From Granulosicoccus sp. (GTDB lineage Bacteria; Pseudomonadota; Gammaproteobacteria; Pseudomonadales; Cellvibrionaceae), in contig JBLHVX010000001.1 in NCBI GenBank assembly GCA_047628835.1, forward strand, positions 1-35,310: a stretch of DNA of 35,310 nt, in the 5' to 3' direction. The notes under the pieces are model-generated. The model did not search any database. It was not told the origin of the DNA and worked only from the letters and a program-made list of their open reading frames with translations. Positions 18,890 to 28,458 of the stretch are shown piece by piece. Position 1 is the first letter of the stretch; every line of letters begins with the position of its first letter. Both the position numbers and the translations under genes were made by a program.

Positions 18890-19417
18890 TTAATACTTCT
18901 CCAGCTTAGCGGCTCTCTCATCCGATAATTGTTGTATGTTGTTGGCATCTTCTATTAGTTTAGATAGTTTCTTTGGCGAAATTGTCATTGGAGATATACC
19001 GGGTGAAGATGTTTCGTTAGTGGTGGATACTTCCTTGGGCTCTTCTGGTGGCACATATGTATTCACTAAATCTTTGTTAAGATCCCCGCTAACATTAATG
19101 GATTCGGCTGACTGGTTTTTGGGAGGAGTGTCCGAAAACTGCCATTGACCATTACCGTCTTTCCAGCGATAGATATCCGATTTCGCTTTTTTTTCTTGTG
19201 GTACACCCCACTCATTATTGTCGATGGTTTCAGGTGCTGATGGTTTTAGATTTTTAATTTTTCCTACGATTTGTCGAACGTTGGAGATAACTGATGTGAC
19301 CTTGGGGCGCAACTCATATATAGATAGAATGGGTGTCCCATCAGCTTTTTTGAATACAAATAGCCCTGCAAAGCCTAAAATCAATATCACAAAAAGTGCT
19401 TTTATAAATAAACTCAT
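18890..19417 (-). CDS. DUF4124-domain protein
   Basis: N-terminal TM segment and IYRWKDGNGQWQFSDTPP motif. Start 19417 or 19435. Confidence 0.8.
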   Translation of the reverse strand: MSLFIKALFVILILGFAGLFVFKKADGTPILSIYELRPKVTSVISNVRQIVGKIKNLKPSAPETIDNNEWGVPQEKKAKSDIYRWKDGNGQWQFSDTPPKNQSAESINVSGDLNKDLVNTYVPPEEPKEVSTTNETSSPGISPMTISPKKLSKLIEDANNIQQLSDERAAKLEKY

Positions 19418-19436
19418 GGCATCGGCCTCACGCATT

Positions 19437-20432
19437 TTATGCGTTGATGGTTAATAAATGTATAGCTTGTTGATGAGACAGGTCTAGAAAAATATTTTTA
19501 TTGCCAACATGTTCTACCACTACGGAAGCCAATAAAAAGTAATGGTTATTATGTTTGCTGACATCAATGATAGTGCCAATTGCTTGATCTTTTCCGGTGA
19601 TATATAGCGAACTATTAGGGCTGACTTGAGTGTCGTCTGCGATCGTTGTTACCTCAAATAAGCATAGCTGCCGCTTAAGCTTGCCTAGATAATGCATTCT
19701 GGCGACGACTTCTTGGCCGGTATAGCATCCCTTGCTAAAGCTAATAGCATTGCCTATTTGTTGGTAATTCAGCTGATGAGGTGTAAATTGAGTACTTGTG
19801 TCTTTGTGGATGTTAGCAATGCCCGATTTAATCACTCTTTCATGCCAGAAGGAGCCGTCTATTTGTGGTATGCCAATGGCTTCCCCAGTGATGTCCAGCG
19901 CTTGTTCTTTTGTTAGCCACAATTCATAGCTATTTTTAGCTATGCATACAATTGATCCTCGCGAAGTATGTATGGCCGTATTAAGCTCGGTAGGGATAGC
20001 TGCTTTATCGTCGGTTAGTTGTTGTAACCACTCACAAGCATCGTCACCAAAAACACCTAATAATTGATACTGTTCCTTTGCGCTCTCACTGATATCCTCC
20101 TTCATAGTCAATATGTCGACTTTGGAGAAAACGCTATATTTTTTTAAGGCCGCAACGGCAATATCGACAATATCATCAGGTACCGATAATGCAATGGTCT
20201 GTTCGTTATTGGCTGCGTCATTTTCGGGTAGCTGTAAGGCCCTGAAACTGAAAACAACACGTCCTTTGTGAGTGCAGTGCGCGCCAAGAGGTGCAGCCAC
20301 CAGCATCGACAGTGTGCTATCAAGTGCATTGACGTCACTTGTCACTTGGCCCTGTAAGAACTTTTTAGCGTCAGGCCCTTTAATCAGTAATAATTGATGA
20401 TTAATGGGGCAAAGGGTTATTAATGTATCCAT
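19437..20432 (-). CDS. ygfZ: Folate-binding Fe-S/tRNA-modification protein YgfZ
   Basis: GPDAKKFLQGQVT and the KGCYTGQEVVAR signature. Confidence 0.93.
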   Translation of the reverse strand: MDTLITLCPINHQLLLIKGPDAKKFLQGQVTSDVNALDSTLSMLVAAPLGAHCTHKGRVVFSFRALQLPENDAANNEQTIALSVPDDIVDIAVAALKKYSVFSKVDILTMKEDISESAKEQYQLLGVFGDDACEWLQQLTDDKAAIPTELNTAIHTSRGSIVCIAKNSYELWLTKEQALDITGEAIGIPQIDGSFWHERVIKSGIANIHKDTSTQFTPHQLNYQQIGNAISFSKGCYTGQEVVARMHYLGKLKRQLCLFEVTTIADDTQVSPNSSLYITGKDQAIGTIIDVSKHNNHYFLLASVVVEHVGNKNIFLDLSHQQAIHLLTINA

Positions 20433-20527
20433 CTTATGGTATATAGCCTGTGAGTAATTAAATGAAATGGTCTAATTGACCTTGGCAATTATAAACCGTA
20501 AGCTGCCTTAAATAATATCGTTGTTTT

Positions 20528-20668
20528 GTATCTACTCAGCACTGTCCGTAACTGTTCAGATTGCAGTCAACATTGTGCTGCACAAGGCGAAAAATGTGAG
20601 TTTACAAGTGTAAACAATCATTTTTTAACGTAGTTCAGCGCGATTTTGGCTGTGAGCTGAGTAGTTAC
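20528..20668 (+). mobile_element. MITE copy 3 (141 bp)
   Basis: GTATCTACTCAGC...GCTGAGTAGTTAC ends. Perfect 8-bp TSD GTTGTTTT at 20520-20527 and 20669-20676. Confidence 0.93.
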
Positions 20669-20686
20669 GTTGTTTTTATCCGTATG

Positions 20687-20740
20687 ATATATGACACTAT
20701 CTCGGACACAGTAAAGCCTGTCCGAGATAGTGTCATATAT
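20687..20740. repeat. Perfect 22-bp inverted repeat with 10-nt loop
   Basis: ATATATGACACTATCTCGGACA-CAGTAAAGCC-TGTCCGAGATAGTGTCATATAT. Confidence 0.92.
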
Positions 20741-20765
20741 ACGAGTTATACTTATTAGGATAGTC

Positions 20766-21020
20766 ATGCATAAAAATCGTTTGTTTTGGAGTAGTCGTCG
20801 AGGAATGTTGGAGCTAGACCTAGTGTTGATGCCTTTTATTGAAAATGTGTACCCGACATTGGCCGAGCCTGATCAAGAGCTTTATCAGCTTTTACTAGAA
20901 GAAGAGGATCAAGATTTATTCTCATGGTTTATGCGACGAGAAGATCCAGATGATGTTAATTTACTAAGGATAGTGAATATAATACGTGAAAATACCGGTA
21001 TGCAGTCAGCAGAAGGCTAG
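20766..21020 (+). CDS. sdhE: Succinate dehydrogenase flavinylation factor SdhE (YgfY)
   Basis: WSSRRGMLELD (RGxxE), EDQDLFSWF. AGGA RBS before ATG 20766. Divergent from ygfZ. Confidence 0.93.
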   Translation: MHKNRLFWSSRRGMLELDLVLMPFIENVYPTLAEPDQELYQLLLEEEDQDLFSWFMRREDPDDVNLLRIVNIIRENTGMQSAEG

Positions 21021-21636
21021 ACACCAGCACTATATCCCTAATATCGTTGGTAGCCATCCCTCGTCACCAAGTGCTCGATTGGTGCGCTTACATACTTCTT
21101 TGTGCCTGAAATCCTTAGTAATATTTATGCACGTTTTGGCGTTGATCGCCTTGCCCATGACGACGCTAGCATTGACAGCCAAGTTGTTTCTGGCACTTGC
21201 TGTGTTACTGTCGGGAATCATGTTTCTTCGTCGTCAACAAATACAGCCCATTTTTCGCCTTTATCGAGATCAAGATGAATGGCGATTGGTGGCTGAAAGT
21301 GTGGGGCATATATATTGCGTAAGGAATACAGATAGCTCAGCAAATATAAATGCAGAAAGCCAAATATCGAATCATGCTAATGTAGCAAATTTATGGTGTT
21401 TCGCTCCAAAAAAAATATTCTCACCCATAAACACTCTTATAAATGCTTGCTTTCCGTCTCTATGGAAAACTGGCAGTACATATAAAATTGTTAGTTGGTC
21501 ATATTGCTCCCAGTTCTTACTGGTGATACGAATTGAAACTGGACGTAACCGTCTTGTTTATTTGCCTATTATGTTTGATAGTTGCCCTCCAGATGAATTC
21601 CGTTGGATAAAAGTGGTCATCAAATATTTGTTATAA
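20986..21636 (+). CDS. YgfX-like inner membrane protein (start uncertain)
   Basis: Position after sdhE, two N-terminal TM segments, C-terminal DSCPPDEFRWIKV resembling the YgfX DS...FR.L.V pattern. Confidence 0.55.
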   Translation: MKIPVCSQQKARHQHYIPNIVGSHPSSPSARLVRLHTSLCLKSLVIFMHVLALIALPMTTLALTAKLFLALAVLLSGIMFLRRQQIQPIFRLYRDQDEWRLVAESVGHIYCVRNTDSSANINAESQISNHANVANLWCFAPKKIFSPINTLINACFPSLWKTGSTYKIVSWSYCSQFLLVIRIETGRNRLVYLPIMFDSCPPDEFRWIKVVIKYLL

Positions 21637-21669
21637 ATCTGAATAGCTATTGATCAGAACAATGAAGGT

Positions 21670-23307
21670 TCAACTAGGGGTTGTTCGATGTTGATCGACG
21701 ATAATGTTTTGCCCTGCAAAATTAGTGGGCACTAGAATCGTATCACGAGTAATTTTTCCAAGTTTTGGGTAATCGAGTGAGTAGTGCAGCCCTCTGCTTT
21801 CTTTGCGTTCTAAAGCTGAACGAATAATCAATTGTGCTACAGTCACTAAGTTTCGTAGCTCAACTAAGTCATTGCCCACTTTATAGTTACTATAATATTC
21901 TGCGATCTCTTTTTGCAATAATTTCACGCGGTGCTGTGCTCGTTCTAATCGTTTGTGCGTACGTACAATACCTACGTAATCCCACATGAAACGACGTAAC
22001 TCATCCCAGTTATGTGAAATAACGACATCCTCGTCAGAGTTGGTTACTTGTGATTCATCCCAGTCAAGCGGGGTATCAATAGCTTCGATAGATGGCAGCT
22101 CTTGCCGAATACGTTCTGCTGCCGAACGTGCATAAACAATGCACTCTAACAATGAATTGCTGGCCATCCGGTTAGCGCCGTGTAAGCCAGTAAAAGATGT
22201 TTCTCCAATCGCATATAAGTTCTCTAAATCAGTCGCACCATGTTGGTTGACCATGACACCACCGCAAGTGTAGTGCGCAGCTGGAACGATGGGGATAGGC
22301 TCTTTAGTGATGTCAATGCCGTATTCCAAGCATTTTTTTTGCACCGTTGGAAAGTGCGAAGTAATAAATTCTTCAGATTTGTGGCTAATATCCAAGAGCA
22401 GGTAATCACAACCTAAACGCTTAATTTCATGGTCTATTGCCCGCGCAACAATATCGCGAGGTGCTAGCTCTTCTCGTTCATCAAAGCGGTGCATAAAGCG
22501 CTCACCATTGGGTAGCTTTAGATGCGCACCTTCTCCGCGTAACGCTTCGGTAATTAGGAAAGTTTTAGCCTTTGGGTGATAGAGACAGGTGGGGTGGAAT
22601 TGGTTGAATTCCATATTTGCTACTCGGCAGCCTGCACGCCATGCCATGGCAATACCATCACCACTCGCGCCATCAGGGTTACTGGTATATAGGTAGACTT
22701 TACTCGCTCCTCCCGTCGCCAAAATGACCACTTTGGCATCGAAAGTACACACTACATCTTCAGTTCTGTTATAGATATAGGCACCACTACAGCGTAAGCG
22801 CGGTTTATGTGCGTCGGCTTGCTGTATAAGGTCAACGGCAATATGTTGCTCGAAAATATCAATATGCTTGCTTGCTCTGATGCGCTCAATTAAGGTGCTG
22901 TGTACTTCTTTACCTGTTGCATCTGCACTATGAATGATTCGCCTATGACTATGGCCGCCCTCTTGAGTAAGGTGGTAATTTTGGTCGTCATCATTTCGGG
23001 TAAAGTTAACACCTTGGTCTATTAGCCAATTAATTGAATCGGTACTGTTTTCCACAGTAAAGCGCACGGCACTCTCGTGGCATAAGCCTGCGCCGGCATT
23101 TAAGGTATCGCGAACATGTGCATCGTTAGAGTCTAACTCGTCTAGCACGGCAGCAATTCCGCCCTGAGCGTACCATGTGGAGCCATCTTTAAGGCGATCT
23201 TTACTGATAACGGCAATACGTCCGACAGACGCAAGGTTGAGCGCCAAAGTAAGGCCCGCAGCGCCGCTACCAATAATAAGAACATCGTGACTAAAATGGG
23301 TTTTCAT
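21670..23307 (-). CDS. nadB: L-aspartate oxidase
   Basis: [50 protein letters not shown]. Divergent from rpoE. Confidence 0.97.
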   Translation of the reverse strand: MKTHFSHDVLIIGSGAAGLTLALNLASVGRIAVISKDRLKDGSTWYAQGGIAAVLDELDSNDAHVRDTLNAGAGLCHESAVRFTVENSTDSINWLIDQGVNFTRNDDDQNYHLTQEGGHSHRRIIHSADATGKEVHSTLIERIRASKHIDIFEQHIAVDLIQQADAHKPRLRCSGAYIYNRTEDVVCTFDAKVVILATGGASKVYLYTSNPDGASGDGIAMAWRAGCRVANMEFNQFHPTCLYHPKAKTFLITEALRGEGAHLKLPNGERFMHRFDEREELAPRDIVARAIDHEIKRLGCDYLLLDISHKSEEFITSHFPTVQKKCLEYGIDITKEPIPIVPAAHYTCGGVMVNQHGATDLENLYAIGETSFTGLHGANRMASNSLLECIVYARSAAERIRQELPSIEAIDTPLDWDESQVTNSDEDVVISHNWDELRRFMWDYVGIVRTHKRLERAQHRVKLLQKEIAEYYSNYKVGNDLVELRNLVTVAQLIIRSALERKESRGLHYSLDYPKLGKITRDTILVPTNFAGQNIIVDQHRTTPS

Positions 23308-23428
23308 TGGTAGACTACTCGATATAAGAATTGTTATTACTATTACAGTAACAAAGGTTGTTAGTATAATGACAGCCAATAGTTATTACGTAGCACTATA
23401 CAAAATGGTTTTTCAGTATACCATTTTG

Positions 23429-23455
23429 GAACTTATTGTTGTGGTGTTGGTCTGA
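23429..23455 (+). promoter_or_regulatory. SigmaE (RpoE/AlgU)-dependent autoregulatory promoter
   Basis: GAACTT-16 bp-TCTGA, an exact consensus match upstream of rpoE. Confidence 0.85.
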
Positions 23456-23548
23456 TCGCCCAGAAAAATTGTGATTTAATTGTTAATGCTTAAAGCCGAC
23501 AATATATAAGACCGGCATAAACTAGGAGAATGTTTTGGGGAATCAGCG

Positions 23549-24139
23549 ATGACCGAGCTGCCAGCAAGAGATACAGACCAGCTATTAGTGGAGCGCGTTC
23601 AGCAAGGGGATAAGCGCGCGTTTGATCTACTAGTGCTCAAGTATCAGCATAAAATAATATCTGTTGTTCACCGTTATATGCGAGATCCTGCCGATGTCAA
23701 TGATGTCGTGCAAGAAGCCTTCATAAAGGCTTATCGAGCCCTGCCTAATTTTAGAGGCGAAAGTGCTTTTTACACATGGATGTACCGCATAGCTATTAAT
23801 ACCGCTAAGAATGATTTGATTTCAAAAGGACGACGCCCGCCATCCTCTGATGTGGATGTTGACGATGCGGAGTATTACGCAGGCAACGAGAATATGCATG
23901 ACGTTGATACGCCCGAAAATAATTTTTTCCGAGATGAACTGCAAATGGCAGTGCAGAATGTAATTAAGGGACTGCCAGATGACTTGCGTACAGCGGTGAC
24001 TCTTAGGGAGATGGACGGTCTAAGCTACGAAGAAATTGCAGATATTATGGAGTGCCCTGTAGGTACCGTAAGATCGCGTATATTCCGTGCTCGAGAAGCC
24101 ATTGATAAAGTGGTGAAGCCTATGATGGATGATTTTTAA
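23549..24139 (+). CDS. rpoE: ECF sigma factor RpoE/AlgU
   Basis: LVERVQQGDKRAFDLLVLKYQHK, FRGESAFYTW, CPVGTVRSRIFRAREAID. Confidence 0.97.
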   Translation: MTELPARDTDQLLVERVQQGDKRAFDLLVLKYQHKIISVVHRYMRDPADVNDVVQEAFIKAYRALPNFRGESAFYTWMYRIAINTAKNDLISKGRRPPSSDVDVDDAEYYAGNENMHDVDTPENNFFRDELQMAVQNVIKGLPDDLRTAVTLREMDGLSYEEIADIMECPVGTVRSRIFRAREAIDKVVKPMMDDF

Positions 24140-24191
24140 CTGGTTGTATTGCAAGGGCTTTATTTTTTCAATATAAAAAATAAAGAAAAAT

Positions 24192-24218
24192 GAACTTTAC
24201 TAATAACAAAACGTCATA
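24192..24218 (+). promoter_or_regulatory. Second putative sigmaE promoter, driving rseABC-mucD
   Basis: GAACTT-16 bp-TCATA in the rpoE-rseA intergenic region. Confidence 0.65.
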
Positions 24219-24382
24219 TATTGCGAGATTAAGGTTTATGACTAATACTTTAAATGTAAAGTTAGTCATAACATGGCAAGTAAAGTAAAGTTAGGGGGTA
24301 TGTAAGAGATACTCGATATGTTTTTTTGCAAATAACTAAATCATTACTAAAAGTATAAATTAGCTTATAAAAAGGTAGATCA

Positions 24383-25063
24383 ATGAGCCAAAGTACCGTT
24401 AAACAGCCTCTTCAAGAGTCCCTGTCAGCATTGATAGACGGCGAAGCCAATGAGCTAGAAGTGCGTCGTCTACTTAAAGCTGACGATGAAGCTTTTGAAG
24501 TGTTGCGAGCAGATTGGTCACGATATCAACTCGCTAGTAACAGTATGAAAAAAGCGAGTCGCGAAGAGCATATCGTCGAATACCGAGATTTATCACTCAG
24601 TATTAGTTCTGCCATCGAAAAAGAGCCTGCTCATAGCGTTAAAGAAGGTAAGTCGTCCAATAAAACCAATGCGAGTCTTTGGTCGGGTGTCGGTCGGTTT
24701 GCTGTTGCCGCATCAGTTGCAGGTGCAGTGGTATTGGGTGTGCAATTTGCGCCTAGTGGGTTTGATAACCAGATTGCCGAAACTGATACAGCGACGCTTC
24801 CTTCTTCTAGTGTGCCGAGTAGTTTCGGTCAAGGGTTGCCTTTAAATGCCGACATTAGTACAGTAAGTAACGAGAAAAGTGCGCAAAACCGTAATGATGA
24901 GCGTACTCCAATCATTATTAATGAAAGCACAAAAGAACAGCTTAAACAGGCAGAAGAGCAGGTAAATCGCTTAATGCTCGAGCACGCACAAAATGCTTCT
25001 CAAAATACACAGCAAGGTGTTCTACCTTATGCTCGTGTACCGGAAAGCTCTGAGAATCAATAA
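24383..25063 (+). CDS. rseA: Anti-sigmaE factor RseA/MucA
   Basis: ESLSALIDGEA..LE..RL, WSRYQL, TM AVAASV, MLEHAQ. Confidence 0.9.
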   Translation: MSQSTVKQPLQESLSALIDGEANELEVRRLLKADDEAFEVLRADWSRYQLASNSMKKASREEHIVEYRDLSLSISSAIEKEPAHSVKEGKSSNKTNASLWSGVGRFAVAASVAGAVVLGVQFAPSGFDNQIAETDTATLPSSSVPSSFGQGLPLNADISTVSNEKSAQNRNDERTPIIINESTKEQLKQAEEQVNRLMLEHAQNASQNTQQGVLPYARVPESSENQ

Positions 25064-25176
25064 ATTCAAACAATAGTTATTCTGTACTTTGCCTTGTAGT
25101 GTGAGGTGTCTCTCGTAAAATAACAGACACAGTCTCACATCTTAGATTAGAATAGTGGCATGTTATTTATTATTGG

Positions 25177-26223
25177 TTGTTAATGCTTCTATCTTCTTTT
25201 CATATATGCCCACCTTTTTACCAAAGACTTTCATATGTATGGAAAGTCTTGCTGGCAATATCTCTGTCTGTCAATGTTTATGCGCAGCCTGAGTCTTCGT
25301 TGGTCGAAAGCATTAATAAAGTGCCTGCTCAAATTACGACACCTAGTCCTGTCCCAGCGTACAAAGAGTTAACCATTGAAAACTTGCTTAACGATGTTGT
25401 TAACGCTAACCGTCATTTCAGCTATAAAGGCCTGTTAACTTACGAGGCCAATGGCTCGCTAAGTACCTTAAGTCTCGACCAGCGTATTGAAAGAAAGGGC
25501 GAGTTTAATCGTGTTTATCAAACGCTGGCATTTTTAAATGGCGAAAGTCGTAGAGTGTTACGTGAGCAAGAGTTGAATTATTGTGTTGGCGGCAATACTC
25601 GTTGGGGACTGTTACCAAGTGTTTTTAATCAAGAAGCGTTGAAGCGCTCTTATGGTATTAGCTTTCAGGGGCGGTCCCGAGTAGCTGGGCGATCGACACT
25701 GAGTATCTATTTTGAACCAAAAGACGAATATCGTTACGGGCATCGTTTTGATATTGATCAGAAAACAGGGTTGGTACTAGGTTCAGCTATTGTAGAAAAA
25801 AACAATATTATTGAAAGAATACAGTTTGTATCGTTAGATTTGAATCAACAGCAAGCTAAACTTGTCTCTGGGGAAAATAAAGATGAGTACTCGATCTCTT
25901 GGCGAGTACCTGAAGTCGAACCTTGCAACACTGAGCAATTCCAAAGTGCATGGGTAGTGGATTGGTTGCCAGAAGGCTTTACTCCAGCGGGTAACCGTAT
26001 TACTGCTCAAGGCGAGCATGTATTGATGTTTACAGATGGTTTGGTCTCGGTATCAGTTTTTATTGCCTCGAGCACGCACCCCTCGAAAGTCACAGCTCGC
26101 AGAGGTGCAACAATAGCGATAATGTCTTCTCTTGTATTTGATAAGAGTAAGACGGTAGCTGTTGTTGGTGAGGTGCCTGCTGTCACTGCTAGACGCATCT
26201 CGGTATCAGTTAAAGCGAAATAA
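25177..26223 (+). CDS. rseB: Periplasmic regulator RseB/MucB (start uncertain)
   Basis: RVAGR, PKDEYRYG, D.KTGL.L, WLPEGF, FTDGLVSVSVF, VGEVP. Confidence 0.88.
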   Translation: MLMLLSSFHICPPFYQRLSYVWKVLLAISLSVNVYAQPESSLVESINKVPAQITTPSPVPAYKELTIENLLNDVVNANRHFSYKGLLTYEANGSLSTLSLDQRIERKGEFNRVYQTLAFLNGESRRVLREQELNYCVGGNTRWGLLPSVFNQEALKRSYGISFQGRSRVAGRSTLSIYFEPKDEYRYGHRFDIDQKTGLVLGSAIVEKNNIIERIQFVSLDLNQQQAKLVSGENKDEYSISWRVPEVEPCNTEQFQSAWVVDWLPEGFTPAGNRITAQGEHVLMFTDGLVSVSVFIASSTHPSKVTARRGATIAIMSSLVFDKSKTVAVVGEVPAVTARRISVSVKAK

Positions 26224-26339
26224 AAATTTTTCCTAATGCACCACGCCTACTCTCCGTAGAAAATAAGGGAGTCGTTTATTGTAGGTTGTGTTCTCTCTCT
26301 TGACCTCCTGCTATCTTATTTTAATGAGCCATATCACTT

Positions 26340-26831
26340 ATGTTAGAAGAAATCGGGACAGTTACGGCCCTGGGAAAAAACAGCTTGTGTGTCGAGACAA
26401 TTCAACAGACAACTTGTGGTAGCTGTCGTGCTCGTAAAGGGTGTGGCCAGCAAATGTTGGCTAAAATGGGTGTTGCTTCAGCTAATGTTAAGGCACTTAT
26501 TGGTAAAAATGACACTAGTGATTATGTCGTAGGAGACGTTGTTACTATTGGTATTCCAGAAAATATAGTGGTTAATAGCTCACTCTTAGTTTATTGCTTA
26601 CCTTTAGTTCTGATGCTTGTTTTTTCTGGCATGGCCCATACATTTATAATGAATGACGGAATGATGATAATAATGGGCCTGTTAGGGTTGCTTTTTGGTG
26701 GCTTACTTATTCGCTTGTATAGTAAAAAAATAGAAAACAATCCTGATTATCAGCCTATCGTTATTGCCAAAAGGGCTGTTGAGAAAAAGGATGTTGCTAA
26801 AAAAATTGAAGTAACAGACATGATTCAATAA
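26340..26831 (+). CDS. rseC: RseC/MucC
   Basis: CGSC....GCG, GD.V.IGIPE, LLVY.LPL, two TM segments. Confidence 0.9.
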   Translation: MLEEIGTVTALGKNSLCVETIQQTTCGSCRARKGCGQQMLAKMGVASANVKALIGKNDTSDYVVGDVVTIGIPENIVVNSSLLVYCLPLVLMLVFSGMAHTFIMNDGMMIIMGLLGLLFGGLLIRLYSKKIENNPDYQPIVIAKRAVEKKDVAKKIEVTDMIQ

Positions 26832-26877
26832 CGCCTGTTACCTTGTTGTAATTATTTTCACGAGGAGTCGACTTCCT

Positions 26878-28272
26878 ATGTCTACGATCTTTACGTTATT
26901 GTTCACTAGCCTGTTAACATTTTTATTATTTACGTCTACCGCGCATAGTGCTGCTTTGCCAGATTTTACGGGTTTAATTCAAGAGCATTCCCCAGCGGTG
27001 GTAAAAATAGAAACGGTCACTCGCGCGAGTGCTAATAATCAGTCCGATACCCAGTTGCCTGAAAATATCCCTGAAATTTTCAGGCACTTATTTGAAAATC
27101 CTCAACGTCAGCAAAATAATAATCAGCCGCAAAGGAACTCTATAGGATCGGGGTTTTTTGTGTCCGGGGATGGTTATATTTTAACCAATAATCACGTGGT
27201 TGACGGGGCGACCGGAATTACCGTGCGTCTTATTGATCGTAGGGAATTTGAAGCTACGATTGTGGGCGTTGATCCGCAGACTGATCTAGCGTTACTTAAA
27301 ATAGATGCCGAGAACCTCCCTTACTTAACGTTGGCTGATTCAGATAATCTTTTAGTGGGGGAATGGGTGTTAGCGATTGGCTCTCCATTTGGTTTAGATT
27401 ACTCGGTAAGTGCTGGCATTGTTAGCGCGATCGGTCGTAATATTCCATCGGGGAGACAACAAAATTATGTACCGTTTATCCAGACAGATGTAGCTATTAA
27501 TCCGGGGAACTCTGGCGGCCCCTTATTTAATTTAGATGGCCAGGTTGTCGGTATTAACTCTCAGATATATACCAATTCAGGTGGCTCTATTGGCTTATCT
27601 TTCGCTATACCGGCTAATTTGGCCAAAAATGTAGTGGCGCAGTTAAAAGATAGTGGCCGTGTAGACCGAGGTTGGTTAGGGGTGGTTATTCAAGATGTTA
27701 GTAAAGACCTTGCTTTGTCCTTTGGGCTCAAAAGGCCACAAGGGGCGTTGATTGCCCAGCTTGATAAGAAAGGTCCTGGCCAAGCCAGTGGCTTGCGTAT
27801 TAGCGATATTATCCTGTCATTTAACGACAAAGCGATTCTGCGTTCATCAGACCTGCCACATATTGTTGGGCGCATTAAGCCAGGTACTGCCGTACCGGCA
27901 ACCGTCATGCGCAAGGGTAAAGAGATCACGTTACAGGTTACTGTAGGCTCAAGAACTTCGCCAACAACACAAGGCAGCAGCTCGCAGGCAGAAAAATCAC
28001 GCATTGGCGCCGCCATAGAGGACTTAACAGATGCCGAGCGTGAAGCGGTAGGCAGTGGCGGTGTAGTCATAGTGGACGTTCTTCCGAATAGCCCAGCAGC
28101 TAAAGCTGGACTGCGTAAAGGTGATGTTATTGTGCAGCTTGGTTTTGAAGACATTGCCTCCGTGAGTAACTTTACACAAGTCGAAAATGATTTGCCGAAA
28201 GGTAAGCCATTGCCGGTACGTTTTATTCGGCAGGGTACGCCTGTATTTAGAAGTCTTGTTATCGTAAAATAG
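26878..28272 (+). CDS. mucD: Periplasmic HtrA serine protease (MucD/DegP/DegQ type) with two PDZ domains
   Basis: LPDFT, GSGF, TNNHV, DLALLK, QTDVAINPGNSGGPL, RGWLGV. Position after mucABC. Confidence 0.9.
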   Translation: MSTIFTLLFTSLLTFLLFTSTAHSAALPDFTGLIQEHSPAVVKIETVTRASANNQSDTQLPENIPEIFRHLFENPQRQQNNNQPQRNSIGSGFFVSGDGYILTNNHVVDGATGITVRLIDRREFEATIVGVDPQTDLALLKIDAENLPYLTLADSDNLLVGEWVLAIGSPFGLDYSVSAGIVSAIGRNIPSGRQQNYVPFIQTDVAINPGNSGGPLFNLDGQVVGINSQIYTNSGGSIGLSFAIPANLAKNVVAQLKDSGRVDRGWLGVVIQDVSKDLALSFGLKRPQGALIAQLDKKGPGQASGLRISDIILSFNDKAILRSSDLPHIVGRIKPGTAVPATVMRKGKEITLQVTVGSRTSPTTQGSSSQAEKSRIGAAIEDLTDAEREAVGSGGVVIVDVLPNSPAAKAGLRKGDVIVQLGFEDIASVSNFTQVENDLPKGKPLPVRFIRQGTPVFRSLVIVK

Positions 28273-28458
28273 TTTATTCATCGGGCATCTCTCGGGTGCC
28301 TAACTATTATGCGTTCCAGTTAAGCAGTTCAGGAAATAAGCTAGATAGAGAGTGTTTTCTGACTGTTCTAGCTATATCGCATCCCCCGTCAATAGGGTAA
28401 AATTCGCGCCTTATTCTTTAACTTGTCCTTACGGATCTCATTTAACGGTGTATTTGCA

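Noticed and set aside
23308-23379. Hydrophobic N-terminal extension on NadB suggesting a membrane anchor
   Set aside because: Arises from an upstream alternative start in AT-rich promoter DNA. Homology begins at ATG 23307.
27690-28154. 154-aa antisense ORF inside mucD, and similar short antisense ORFs in thrC, yadG, lepA and the IS genes
   Set aside because: Fully overlapped by well-conserved genes; typical antisense open frames.
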